DNA from: the human T2T-CHM13v2.0 reference genome, Homo sapiens
NCBI RefSeq assembly: GCF_009914755.1
Contig: NC_060931.1
DNA length: 64,000 nt
Reading direction: 5' to 3' (one strand)
Part shown: piece by piece, positions 30,063 to 43,699 of the stretch
How positions within the stretch are numbered: position 1 is the first letter of the stretch
How the letters are laid out: every line of letters begins with the position of its first letter
Notes under the pieces: generated by a model
Seen by the model: the letters and a program-made list of their open reading frames with translations, nothing else
What the model was told of the DNA's origin: nothing
Databases searched by the model: none
Program-made: the position numbers and the translations under genes

Positions 30063-30554
30063 TATAAACTGGCTTATAAAAAGACCACCCAATATTGCAA
30101 GATAAAAGGCATTAACTGTAAGATTATGATGCAAGAGGAAAATAATGACCAGAAAATAAGTTGGAGTGGAAAACGTTTCTCTAAAACTTTCTACGCTATC
30201 ATTGAAATAGCTATTAAATAATATATTGAAATAAAGATTGTTGCTTTTCTCTTTTTATTTTCCCAATTTTCACTCTTATTAAGTAAAATTACTCAGCTTT
30301 TAAAATCACTTGTATCATCTCACTGTGTATTTACAGATTTTTTGCTTCTCAGAAATTTCTGTATGTCCCAAATTCCTTTTAAATATTTAAATATTATGCA
30401 TGTTTTACCTTTGTAAACTCCTACCTTTGTAAAACATGCGGAATATTATTTATCTCATGGATTTCACCCACTGTCAAAAGTCTACTTCCCTATCACCAAT
30501 AAATACTTGAATACTATTAAGTGATAATTTTTTAGAATCACAGGGATCAAACTA

Positions 30555-30815
30555 TAGTTGACTTTTGAACAACACAGGGATTAAGGGTGCTATCACCACC
30601 CCCAGTGGAAAATTCATGTGTAACTTTTTGACTCCCTGAGAACTTAACCATTAATACCCTACTGTTGACTGGAAGCCTTACTGATAACATAAACCATTGA
30701 TTAACACATTATTTTATGTTGTATGTATTATATACTGTATTCTTACAATAAAGTAAGCTATACAAAAAAATTAAGAAAATCATAAGGAAGGAAAGATATA
30801 TTGCCATTTATTAGC
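30555..30815. mobile_element. Tigger2-family DNA transposon end
   Basis: tagttgacttttgaacaacac...ctactgttgactggaagccttactgataacataaac...tattcttacaataaagtaagcta. Confidence 0.8.
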
Positions 30816-32234
30816 TGTGTGGGTGAAGAAAAGTTACTTAACTTGACTACGCTCAGTTTATTCATTAAATAATCTTTGCAGACCTGGTAAGCACTGGATG
30901 AAATAATGTAATAAGACAAAAATGTGAAGATTTTCTCCATAGTCTTATCACTCTGTATCATAATTTAATCATGTTTCTTTACACGGTTTCTCAATTCCTG
31001 AGAGAATGATTTTAGACAAACCCAGAGAACTCTCTTTGAATATCATTCTTTGTTTCAAATGTATTTCCTTGTGGCAGGAAACGATAAACACACATGGCAC
31101 AGACAGCTAGTGACTGAAGGGGAAGTTAATGGTGTTTGTTTTTCCTCCAGAATTAGTAGTTCAGAAATTAAAAATAAAAATGTGGCTTGCCAAGTTTGTA
31201 AACTACACAGAATTCTTTGATTACAAGATGACAATGAATTTAATTTTTTTGACATTTGTATTTCTTTGATACTTATGAATTGAAATGTTTTGAAAACTTA
31301 TGAATTTGCAGCTTTACATTTTATAAACTATAATGATTAAAATATCCAAATCCATTAATTTCTTCCTTGCCCTGTAAACTTGAAAACTGAGAAAAGATTT
31401 AGAGTAAAGCATTTTGAAATCATTGACAAGCACAAATACTGTTAGATTCTATGTCAAGATTGTATTGCTGCCCTTGAGGAGACATTATATGTGCTTTCTA
31501 AGCTATGACGAGAAGACATAAACAAGGTCTTTCCCCAGCTATGTGCTAGAAAAAAACCCTTAATTGTGATTGTACAGTATTGCTTGATGCAAAAGTCAAC
31601 TCATTTTTCACCAGGGATTCCTGTCCATTCCTGGAAATGAGGTAGGATGAACCCGGCCGGAGGGCGGGGGGGTGTCACAGTAGAAGGTGGTGGTTTAGGA
31701 AAATCTACAAGTGACGGTAAATACTATTCTAGAAAGTTAATTTTTTTTTATTTCAGGGAGCAAATCCTTTATATTTGGCAGGTAGAATGCAACTTCTTGG
31801 TAGTGTCTTTCATTTAATTAAAATTAAGATTGATGTGGCTTGCTGCTGCTGCGTAATATCATTCTGACTTTTGCATAGCTATTGCATTTGTAAATATTCA
31901 AATGCACTTTGTTATGGATAAAAGGGAGTTCCTTGGGTAGATGTTTAACTTTTATTGCAAAACCTCTTGTGCTCACTTACGTTGCCAGATTTGGTAGTAG
32001 TCATGCACCCTGGGAAAATCACTGGCAAAGCAGTGGAGTGGAAAGGAATCATGGGTATTTACTGTGAGGAGAAGGGAAGGTAAAGGTGTTGTAGGGGTTA
32101 TATCATTTCACTCAGGAATTTGCTTTTGGAAATGTCATTAAGGATATAGTATTTGGGGATGGTAGGTATTTTTAGAATGTTTCTAAGTAAAATCACGATT
32201 TTTCTTTTAATGCACTGTGAAGAAATCATCTAGT

Positions 32235-32455
32235 CCAGTGCTCATGAAATCAATTTAGTAGGTTGCAATTCAACAATGGAATAGAATAGGCTAAAATACA
32301 ACATGCCAGAATGCACACACGTTGTAACATTTAGTGTTAATTTATGAGACTGCATGAGTTTTATATAGATAAGCATGTTTCTATATATATGTGCATTGTA
32401 TTTAATATGTATTTCTCAGTATGAGTAGCTGTTGAAAAAGCTTAAAAGCCACTGA
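32235..32455. mobile_element. Old hAT-Charlie-type MITE (subfamily not determined)
   Basis: catgaaatcaatttagt...aaaaagcttaaaagccactg. Confidence 0.5.
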
Positions 32456-33689
32456 TTGACTTTTTCTCCCATTTTACAGATGAGGAAACTGAAAGAGGCT
32501 GATTCTCATTTTATTTGAGTGGGTCTCCTTGAGGCAGCTTATCTGTCATCAGGGGTCTCTTGTTATAATCTGTTTAATTACCTATGCATCTTTTACAATT
32601 TTTCACCCTTGCTCAAAAATTGCTATATTTTTGTGACCAGAAATTGGATCAAAGATGCTGATTCTGGGGAGATAATCTTTGCTGAGTCTCTGAGCACCAT
32701 GTTGGATGGGTAGTTGGTGCTTGTAATACCAAGGGGAAAAGAACAGAATATTTATAGCTCTCTGTAGAGGTAAGATCTTAGGTAAAGTCAGATGAAAAGG
32801 TGGAACAATAATCTAATACATTTCATCAATAGATACAACAAATCACCATTAGCTTCTACCATTTGTTTCAGTTCAGTTCAACAAATATTTATTGAGCTCC
32901 TACTTAGTATCAGGTATTTTAAAAGCTAGCCACTTACTTCCTTCTTTATGATAAATTAATTAGTCAAACAATTAAATTATTCTCTCCCTTTGCTTGTGGT
33001 GTACAGGGAGATTTACTGAAGTAAAAGGGGGTTTCGTTTGTCAAAGATGAAAGAGATGTAGCGCCGTGCTTTATAACACAATATGCTACTTGGAAATCTA
33101 TTATGCCTTATCTAGAAATGTTCCTAATATCTTGAACTCCACCTTTCACTCATTAGGAAGTCCTGCAATATAAAGCTCACCTATAATATTTTCTCTATAT
33201 TTGCTCTCATAACACATTGATTTATATTGAACTTTCTCCTTGTTGCTATTTATACAGTGTCAGTTCTGCTCTATGAGCTGATTTTTTTTTTCTCTGACTA
33301 CCTGAGAATTGAGGCAGCAGGGCCAAGGGGGCCGACTTGCCACGTGAGGTTTTGTCTTTCCCACCTTGTTAGGCTTCTTCTTTGCCTTTCTGCCTGGCAA
33401 TTCCTGAAGGTGGTGTTCTGTTTTATCTCTTTTTTGTTTTTAAAGTGTTTGTGCAAAGCATATTATTCTGTTTTTACTTTGCTTCTTAATTGAGTATCGG
33501 CCATGTAACTTATTGTTTGAAGCAGTTACAGCATCAGGGAATAGTCCCAAATGGCACGATGAGCCTGATTTTTCCTGATGGCTGTCACTGTGGAAAGGGA
33601 CACCCATGAGGTAGGTCCAAGCCAAAGAAAGGAGATGTATAAGTACAGCCTAATCTTATTAGTGGGTCTAGAAAAACTGCTTCTTTATT

Positions 33690-34058
33690 AACTGTCAGTC
33701 TTTTAAATCTTTGCTAATTATAACGATTAAACATGATATTTTGTAGTCATTTCTACTTGCATTCTTGATTATTAGTAGTTTTGAGCTTTTTTACATATCT
33801 CTGTAGGATTTTCTTCCCATGTTTGGAATTTCTGTTTGTGTCCTTTGGTTATTTTTCTTTTAGACTATTCTGTTTTGTTATTGATTTATAAGACCTTTTT
33901 TCTATCCTATTGAAATTAATCATTTTCATTGTGGTTAAATTTTACCATTTTAACATATTTTGAGTGTGCACTTTAGTGGCATTAAGTACATTCACACCAT
34001 TTGCCACCCTCACCGTTGTCCCATCTCCAGAAATTTCCCGTTATCCCAAACTGAAAAA
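33690..34058 (-). mobile_element. Old L1M fragments (including an L1MB-like 3' end at ~33920-34055)
   Basis: ttagtggcattaagtacattcaca...ccatctccagaa...cccaaactgaaa. Confidence 0.65.
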
Positions 34059-34479
34059 AACCATGGTAGGTGCTATGAAAATAGGCCCAAGGGCCTCTTC
34101 GATTCTTAACAAGAGAGATGCTAACCCCTTTTTTCCCACAACACTAGTAACACTTCTTGAATCATCTAATCCCCTAATTATTTCTCTGGATCCAGTGCTG
34201 CCATGATGATTGCAACTTCATTTTAAAGATGTATTCATACATTAAATAAACAGGCAAACAGCTGTTCTCATATGACCATCTTATTGAGCAAATTCTGTTT
34301 TGTTTAGTCTTTATAGTTCTTCCACTTGTTATTTAATCTACTGGTGTTTGATGTTTTCCTTGCTTGCCAATGTGGTATTTCCAGCTGTGCATGGAAATTA
34401 ATTTTCTATTTGAATAGACAATTCCAGGAAATTATCTATTAAGGTTATAGGAGGCAAAGAGAATGTTGCTTTATAGTTT

Positions 34480-34503
34480 TGTGTGTGTGTGTGTGTGTGT
34501 GTG
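34480..34503 (+). repeat. (TG)n microsatellite
   Basis: Direct reading. Confidence 0.9.
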
Positions 34504-34764
34504 GTGTTCTTGGCATTATAAGGAGGAAAGGTTGGTTTAAGAGTTCATGATTGCCAGTTTTTGTTTTTAACTAATATTACTTAAATAAAACAAACTCTGC
34601 CACTGGTCACAAACGCTGTCAATAATAGGAAGTATGGGGAACTGAAAACTTATTCTCTATCTGAAACAACAATTCTAAATGGATTGCTCATGGACTCTGA
34701 AACCTTTTTTGGACAATAGACCTCTTTGTGTATCTGACAGATTCTGTGGAACCTCAAAACCTAA

Positions 34765-35110
34765 GGTTCCCATATTTTTATCTAAAACCCTAGTTGAGAT
34801 GCATTTTGGAGTCAAGAATTTATCAGATTTTAAAAAGGTAGTATGATTTAAAAAATGTATTGGGTTTTCAAAAGTACCATATACCCCCATATTACCTATC
34901 ACCTTTAATGGGGTCTGGGATGGTTCCCTATAATCAAAAAATAGTATTTCTGCAGTTAAATTCATAGATCTTAATCTTAAATGAGATAAATAAAAACATG
35001 AAATAGCCTCACATCTGTGTAGGTCAGTTTATGCTGCCAGATAAGTTGAGGTTTGTTGCCAAACAATTTCTGAAAAATCTTTTGTTCTTTAGGATCAGTG
35101 ATAAGGGACA
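34765..35110. mobile_element. MER46C-like Tigger relic
   Basis: cagattttaaaaaggta...ggggtctggga...ataatcaaa...tatttctgcag...aaatagcctcacatc...gataaggga. Confidence 0.65.
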
Positions 35111-36397
35111 AACACAATTTCACCTATACTCTAGGGGGTTCCACTGTTCTTGGTCAGGAGTGTTTTGGCTCCATGCTTCAGCCGGGCCTGCTTCTCCTCA
35201 GCCCTACTCAAGTCATGGACTTAGCATTTTCACTGTTACAGACATTTTTGCTTCTGGAGTTCTGCACCTGTCACTTTTTTGATGAATTTAATCCTCTTTT
35301 TTGCAGCCATATCGTATATGGGCTCTCATTCTTTATACTCAATATGTTTGCCGTTATGTATAAATGTTTCATCATAACGTGAACACATATTATGTTCATC
35401 ATCATCCCTATTCCTTTGTATTGGTTAAAAAATTGGTTATTCTCAATACTTGAAATGCCTTTTTTCTGTCTTCCTCCTGTTAATTTATCCTCTACCCCAT
35501 CATTGTACCAGGATAACCGATTTTCTCCTTCTTTTATATTCTCTATATTCTTTTAAAGCTTTGTGTCTACCACTGTTTTAGCATGCATTACATTCCTCCA
35601 TAATTATTTGAATATTTATCCATCTCTTATATAAGACTGCACATTTCTTGAGAGTAATACCTCTTTATATATCCATTGCCTTGCACAGTGCCTGGCACAT
35701 ACAGATTCAAAGCTTTTCAGCCCAAGATAAATAGAAGGTGTACATTTGGAGCCAGTGGGGTAAGATTGGAGACATGAGAAAGAGGGATGTACAATCTTAA
35801 TAAATTAGAGTTCAAGACAGAATAGTGTAGAGGAACAGTGATTTTGTTTAGTTTATGTGCACATGAGGATTAGGAAATTAAATGATATATATGGTTTGGA
35901 GAATGGAGAAATTTCAAAAAGGAGGTAAAGCTTCAGACAAACCTGGGCAAATGGATGAGATTGGGATGGAACAGGCAAAGAAGAATGTACAGTGCTTTCA
36001 GAGAAGGGAGTATGTTGAGGAGCGAATTGGCATTGGTGGCTGAACAAGATATTTAAGCTATTGCCAAACTATAATGGAAGTTCTGAATTATGAGATGATG
36101 GAAGAAAAAGGTCAGTAGGCCAAATGGTGCTGGATTATGTAAAGCAATATATAATAAGAAAAAGAATTCGATCTATTCAGAGTAAGGTGTCATTATAAGT
36201 TAAGGAGTAGAACAGGGATGGTAAGATAAAAAACATTTCTGAAAATAAATGTGTCCACAGCGTACGCAGTGATGCCTGAACTAAAAAGGGTGTAGGGGTG
36301 TGGGGCTGAGTTGTTTTACATCATAAGGACCTGAACCGAGAAGACAGTAATGAGACTGGAGAAAAGGGTGTGAAACTTTTGAAAAGTAAAACCATAG

Positions 36398-36818
36398 TGT
36401 GATAGTTAATTTCTTGTGTCAAGTGGAGTGGGCTACAGGTTGCCCAGATACTTGGTCAAACACTACTTAGGGTGATACTGTGAGGGTGATTTTAGATGAG
36501 GCTGACATTTAAATCAGTAGACTGAGTAGAGCAGATTGCCCCCTTTAATGGGGATGGGCCTCATGCAATTGGTTGAAGGCCTGAGTAGAGCAAAAGGCTG
36601 ACCCCCCTTATGTAAGAGAGAATTCTCTTGCCTGACAGTCTTTAAACTGGGACATTGACCATTACTGGTTCTGCAGTAGCCTTCTGGCTTCTGACTCAAA
36701 ACTGGGAAATCAGCTCTGCAGCTTTTGGACTTGCCAGACCCCTTAATCATGTGAGCCAATTCCTTATAATCAGTCTCCCTTTCTTTCTCTCTTTCTCTGG
36801 AGAACCCTGACTAATACG
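36398..36818 (+). mobile_element. ERVL solo LTR (MLT2B/D-like)
   Basis: tgtgatagttaattt...tctctggagaaccctgactaatac; 5-bp TSD catag / cgtag. Confidence 0.88.
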
Positions 36819-39042
36819 CGTAGTATATGGAGACTGACTAGATATGGGAGCCACAGGAGTTGAGAAAGGAATTAACAATTACTTAGGAATGGGAATGGAG
36901 AAATTGAAAAGGGCAGTCAATTTTGATGGAAAATATATTTGGTTTTGATTTTGTTGACTCTGAAGTGATATTGGAGATTCAAGTTAAATTACTGTAAGCA
37001 GCTGTAGTGAGGTAGGTAGCTTGTGTGGGTGAGGCTGGATGTTGCATCTTTGAATCATCTACAAGTAGGGCAAAAGAAGTTACGTGACAGAACAGAGTTC
37101 ACAGGTGAATGAGAGAGACAAGCATAGGCAAGGATTTGACTGAGGTTCTTCAGGTGGGAATTATGGGGCTAGAGGAGAAAGATGAGCCAGTGTATAAAAA
37201 TATTGGTGGCAGAGCTCTCTTGACATTGGTTTGTCAGCCTCTTGCACCAGAATGTAAGCTCCATGAGGCCAACAATTTACTCAGTCCTTTTTCCCTAGCT
37301 TTAAGTGTTGTACTTCAGATATTTGAGATTTGTAGACATTGTTTTTTCTTCATTTTCCACTTGAGACAAAGCCTTTTAAGGAAAACTGAACCAGGAATTA
37401 GGATTTATTTGCTGTAATCTTGACTTTGCACTTAGATATAGAGACTGAGGTTTGACTTTTTAATTCCTAGGATTTTGACTCCTTTTTCAAAAAATGAGGA
37501 GATTGGATTAAGAATTTGTAGGATTCCTTACAACTCAAAAGTTATGGAGAAAAATATCTATAGGCTGAAAATTGTTCTAAGCTGCAAAAATGGCCTTGAG
37601 TAACTTCAGAAAATAAACATTAAAGCAAATCATCTTTTATATCCCTTTTTTGAATGTTTTATTTATTTAATATCAATCAAAATACTGTAATAGATTAAAT
37701 AAATCAAAACACATATAATCTTGTCTAGAAGCAGCTTTGGACTAAAAATTTTCTTCGCAAAATATTAAAGGTGTGACTTTTAAAGAAAATCTCTTAATAC
37801 AGGACCTAACCCCATTTTATATAGCATTAAGTTAATATAACTGTAAAAAAGAAAAAAATATTAGCAGCATTTTTCTTTTAATATCAACACCATAGAGAAA
37901 TTTTGGTTCTTATGGAAATTTTATTCTATTACAAATCTTCCAACTCTAAAATCTTCTCTTAGAGTTGATTATGTAATTGAAAACAAAGGGAAGAATCAGT
38001 GGCTCAAATGGTCCTGTGTTTACCATACTTCATTCAAAATTCTCTTGCATCTCCTCATATGTTTCTAGATATGTTAACATCATACAATCTCACAATATCC
38101 ATTTTTAATTTATGCAAGAATACTTTCTGTTTTGAATAGCACATTATTCTAGGTTATATCCAATGTCAGTTTTGGGTATTTGATCAATATGTGATGGTTA
38201 AATTATAGATGGCTAACTTTTTTTCCTAATTGTACAATTTGAAATATGGTGAATTTCCAAAAAATAGTTTGGAGAAAATATGAACTCTATTTTAAAAATG
38301 TGCATGTATGTTGATATCATGTATTTGACATAGAAACTGTCAAACAGAAATAGATGTCATAAACTTTAATTCAAAGGCATTAGACTACTAGCACTAACAA
38401 CCAACATTTTTTTTTTATCAAATAGAACTTATTTTGCCCCCAGGATCATGCGTTGTTTTAGATATTAATTAACATTATAATTGTCTTCTCACTTTCTGGT
38501 ATGCAGGGGTACTCTCCATGACCAATCTTTGTCATTTATCACCTACAGTGTAAAATTTCCATCAGGAAACAATCTTCTGCCTTGAACTACCAAAGTGCTG
38601 ATTTTGCTTTTTGTCATTAAGTTTTTTGTTTGTTTGTTTGTTTGTTTTAATTTGCTTTAGAGCTTCTTTATTGAGGACAACTAACAGTTAAGAGTTTTCT
38701 TGGGGAATAGTGTCACAGCAAGAATCACACATAGACTTTTCAGATACAATTCTTCTATCTCCAAAGTAATGCTAGAAATATTGTTGATTTACAATAGATA
38801 TAATTTAAAATTATTTATTTTTATTTTCCACAGATCCCAATTTCTGGATTTCTTGTGAAGTTTAATAATTTATCCTTGGATTCATTTTATTTTTGTTTAT
38901 ATTTATATAGAAGGCATTTAGCCATTCATGTTGATCAGCTGACCTCTTAGTTCCATTTGTATAATGTAATATCTGGTTATATAAACCCAAGGATCTGCTG
39001 TTATTGTTTGCTCTGCAATCTGATAGATAAGAGATTAAAATA

Positions 39043-39500
39043 GGGTGGGTGTAGTGGCTCATGCCTGTAATCCTAATGCTTTGGTAGGCCAAGGCAGAAG
39101 GATTGTTTGAGGCCAGGAGTTTGCGACCAGCCTGGGCAACATAGTGCGACCTGTCTTTACAAGACATAAAAAAATTAGTTGGGCGTGGTGGCATGCTGAA
39201 GTCCCAACACTCTGGGAGGCTGAGGCAGGAGGGCTGCTTGAGGTCATGGTTTCAAGACCAGCCTGGACAACATAGTGAAGTCATGTGTCTACCAAAAAAA
39301 AAAAAAAAAAAAAAAAAAGGCTGTGCTTAGTGTTGCACATCTGTAGTCCTACCACGCAGGAGGCTGAGATGGGAGCGAGGATTGCTGGAGCCCAGGAATT
39401 TGAGGCTGCAGTGAGCTATGATCACACCACTGCCCTCCAGCTTGGGGGACAGAGTAAGACCTTGTCTCTGAAACAAAAAACAGAGAGAGAAAAAAAATAA
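39043..39500 (+). mobile_element. Trimeric AluJ-type element (left + left-like + right monomer)
   Basis: Three 7SL-derived monomers starting at 39043, 39177 and 39319; A-run at 39294-39318. Confidence 0.85.
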
Positions 39501-42379
39501 TAAGATGTATGTATTCAGAAACATAAAAAAGCAAGAGTAAAACTTTTGTGACAACTTTGTTCCATTTATAAGTCACACTAATGACTGATTTGCTTCTTAG
39601 TAATTTTCCATTTGTAACATTTTGTACCTGGATACACAAATGTAATGCAATTGAACAAGAAAACAATTATCTGTCTGCTGGAAATAATGTACTTATCTCA
39701 TTGAAACAATTGACTTGTTTAAAAATACACAGGTCTGTTCAGACTGCAGTTACCTGTAATTTGTAATGAATTTCCAGGAAGAATTAAAATCCTCTGATGT
39801 AATTGAATCAGTAGTTGAAAACACTGATTGTGAATGATAAATTTCCATGCATAATTCCCCTCTTATATAAACCTCCATTTGGAGCCATTTTAGATTTGAG
39901 AGGTTTTTTCAATATTCTATGAGTTTTGGCTGGATCCCTGGAAAACTTCACTCAAAGGCTGTATCTTCCAGTGAAAGCTTCATGTTGACTTGTGGGTTCT
40001 GTGTCAGTGGAACGTTTCAGTACTTTTTGGCCTGGCTCAAATGTTTCTTGGCATTTTCTGTGGAGTTTGGCCCAACCAATCTATAGTATCACATTGGACT
40101 CCAGATAAACCCTAAAAGCCGTAATTCATCCGCAAGCTAATATGGGACTTTATTGGGGTTTGGTAGTAGACTAACACCATCGAGCAATTGGGAGTTCAAC
40201 ATTATGAATGATATTTCTAAGGACATATCTATCTGAAAAATCATACAAAGAGAAGCTACTTTTCCTTTAGCCCAGCACTTATTTTTCTCAGAGGTCTCTT
40301 TCACAGAGGTCAATGTCCTATTTTAATTCGTTATTATAATTTTTTCCCTCCTCAGCAGTTTCTAAACCTATTGCAGATCAACAGCTTTTTCTTCTTTCTT
40401 AAAGTGAGATGGCTCTGGCTCTTGGCTGACTTCAGTCTTGTGATGTGGGACTGATGTGCGTTTTCATTTTTCACTTTGAAGGTGCTGCCAAAGCTAGTTA
40501 ATTTTAGTTATACCATCATAGAATGCTGGAGCCTGTAGGTGCCCTAGAAATGGTTTGGTACAGCCTCCTCGTTTTACACATAAGGGGAGCCAGGCCCAGT
40601 TCCTTAGTTCTCACAGGAAGCTACGGCACTGTTAGGATGGAACTCGTGTCCGCCTCGCAACAGAACGGGTCTCTGCAAGTCTGTCCGGCTGCTGAAAGAT
40701 CCACTCCCCATTCCCAGTCTCAGATTTTGTACCTCTGGGTAGTTTTCCTCTTTTCCTTAAAGCTTTTTAAATGTAGCTCCCCATATGTTATATTAATTTG
40801 GGAAACCAGCCAACAAATTAGTTTTACATTTGTTAGGATTCTAGGGTGTTATTTATGATACCATTCTCTTTGTGTTCTGAGTCACTAAGAAATAAATATA
40901 GGAACAAGACAGAGATCAAAATAATAGCTTCATTATAAACAGTGTTAAATTTTAGAACACATAGTGGACCCAAGGTGGAAGCCAGCTTCTTATGCCTTTA
41001 ACAGTCCCCTACTGAGCTTAGCCACTCAGTCATAGAGAAGTGTGCAACTGCAGGTTCCTGGTCCAGCCCTCATCTGCAGGGCCCACCCTCAGGGAGGACT
41101 AGCTGAGCAGCACCTCTGAGAGACTCCAGGAACCAAGGGCCTCCTGCCAAGGGAAGGGCCTCTTTCTCAAGTCTGGCCAAGTAGAGCAGTCCATACCCAC
41201 TCATGGAAAGCAGTGTCCTTCAATGGCTCACCTTCTGGTGAGTGTTTCTCTTTCCTTCTTTTCTCTTGCTTTAGCATTCCTGTTTCACACTGGTATTCTG
41301 AAACCAATATTAGTATATTTCTTTTCCTTGTAAGATGAGTTATTTTCCCATTATTCTCCTGAATAGAGTTGAAAAAGCAAAGGTAGCAAAATCAGCCTAG
41401 GCAACTGATTATTTACAATAGAGAAAAATAAATGAAGAATTAAGTAGCCGGTAATGAGAGATGGCACCATGGGAACGTGCTCAGAATACTTCCCAGTAAT
41501 GGAAGATGAATAATTTTTCCTGTTCTCTCCTGACCAGGCCATTGTTCTCACATTTTTAAGAAGAGAAAGTTGGGAAAGACTTTTACCTCTCTGTTTACAT
41601 CTTTGTTTAAGCTCTAGACCTCTGCCAGCACCCACCATTGTATTTTGATAAATATATTCTCAGCCATCTATAGGTGGATTCACATGATCTTGTTTTGCTT
41701 TCATTTTCCTGTGATTTTGAATTAAGTAAAATTTCAGATCACAGAACTCTCTTGGAAATTTTAGTTGATTCATGTAGGTAGGTTTCTATAGGTTTCACTA
41801 TTTCATTTTGTTCCAGATATTTTTCCAATGTTTATCTCTTTTTTTAAATCTTCTACATTAGCTTTCAAGATACTTACTTATGAGAGCCCAGATAATATTT
41901 AAGTTTTCTTCATATTAAGGGATTTTTTTTTCCTTCAGATTTCTTGCCTTGTGGTGCATGTTGCACAGACACTTGTACTTAATTCAGAGGTAAATGAAAA
42001 GTAATTTACAATTCTAATACTCTTGATACTCATACTTTCTCCTTTACTGTTTTTATGCTTGCAGGTTTCACTTCCTTTTAGTAGGTTGAGGGCCATTTAG
42101 ATAAAAAAGATACAGAATTGCAGACTAGTAGATTTAAGAGTTTATGTATTATGATTTAAGTTGTTAAGATTTAAGGTGTTCCAGTAGCATACTTGGAGTT
42201 GAAATCATGATTATTAAGATGAATTCTTTTTGCGTGAGCAGCTTAACAGACTTCTCTTGAATCACCATAATGTTTTTGCTTCATGGGCATGTCAAGTATC
42301 TGTTATAGTGGAACCTGAGAGAGGTCATACAGGAAATAGCATAGAAGTTGTCACAGTACACCTGGAATGATGCTCAAGT

Positions 42380-42580
42380 GGTTGCCATGGGCTCAGGAGC
42401 CATTTGCCTGGGTTGAAACTCAGCTCTTCATTCCTTTGTTTCAGTTTGCTCATCTGCACAATGGGCATACTAATTAAGATATCTACCTCGAAAGTTCTTG
42501 TGAGGATTAAATGGATGAATATATGTAAAGCAGTTTAAACGAGTGTCTGAACATTATATATGCTTTATAAATGTGAGCTG
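42380..42580 (+). mobile_element. MIR
   Basis: tcagtttgctcatctgcacaatggg...gttcttgtgaggattaaatgg...atatgtaaagca. Confidence 0.8.
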
Positions 42581-43699
42581 TTAAAACAGTCCCCACGTGC
42601 CTAATTGGGTGAATAGATCAGGGTTCCTCTGTGTTTTCAAGTGTTTCTCTCAGTACACTATTATTTAGGAAAAATAGACTAAAAAGATATTGTCTGAGGT
42701 GTTACTGGCTGATATTTTAAAAGGTGAACCATGCATTAAAAGATTGTGAGTCTAAATTTTGTGTAATTTAATATTAATAAATAACCTGACTTCTTTGATG
42801 GTCTACGTGAAATATGAGGATTTCAGGCACTTTGTTTCCACAGCCAAACCGTGTATGTTGTCTTCATTACTGGCACCGATTTTGGCATTTTGATTTTTAA
42901 ATTATTTTGTGCAGTTTTCACAGTTGCTCCCATTAGAGGGGAAGTATTGAGGAAGTAGTCTTCCAGTTATTGACAGATCTTAAGAAGCATAAAATGGTTT
43001 GGTATTTTGGAGAAATGTAGGATAATATAAGACCCAGAGGCATACTATTCCAAGTAGAAAATTTCATCATATAATGCATTTATATGTATGTGGTATATGT
43101 GGGTAGGCAAATTCCATCATGAAAGGAATAATGAAGGAACAGTTTTGGGGCAACCTAAAGTTTTACTTTAGTTTGTATAATAATTAACTCAGCTGCATAA
43201 ATGCCAGGAAAATAATTAGAACAACAGATTATGTTGAATGCCTAAAAAAATGTGTTTAACAACTTTTAATTTTCTTTCCTCCCACACACCACTTCCTAGT
43301 TGGTTTCTGGCACACCAGTTGTGTCTCAACACAGCGGCTGATCTGGTAGAGTTGTGTGAACACCTGTGATTGTGGCAGAACAAATTTTCTCCTTTTGGTT
43401 ACATTTAACGAAAGTAAAAGTAGAAGGAGCACTGTATTTTGGAGGTAATGTAGAGATATAGGGGATAGCCTACCTTTTCTCCAAAGCTATGTATGAGCTT
43501 TCAATGTTTTGAAAGCTCATGCATACTGAAGCGTGTGTCCACATGGTGAATGTAAACAAACAAAAGCTGATTGTAACCATCTTGCTTTTCCTAGTTAGAT
43601 ATCAATGGGCTACTATTGGTCAGAGAAACAAAGAGGGACCTCCATTAGTGGGGAAAGGTAAAAAAAATTTAGTGACAGTGAAAGTTTTAAAAATAATAT

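Noticed and set aside
30406-30433. Short tandem duplication tacctttgtaaa (similar ones near 59533 and 63492)
   Set aside because: Ordinary slippage duplications with no array structure.
33320-33350. CACGTG E-box, weak CTCF-like stretch and cac|gtgagg donor
   Set aside because: Poor CTCF match and no convincing paired acceptor; motif-only evidence.
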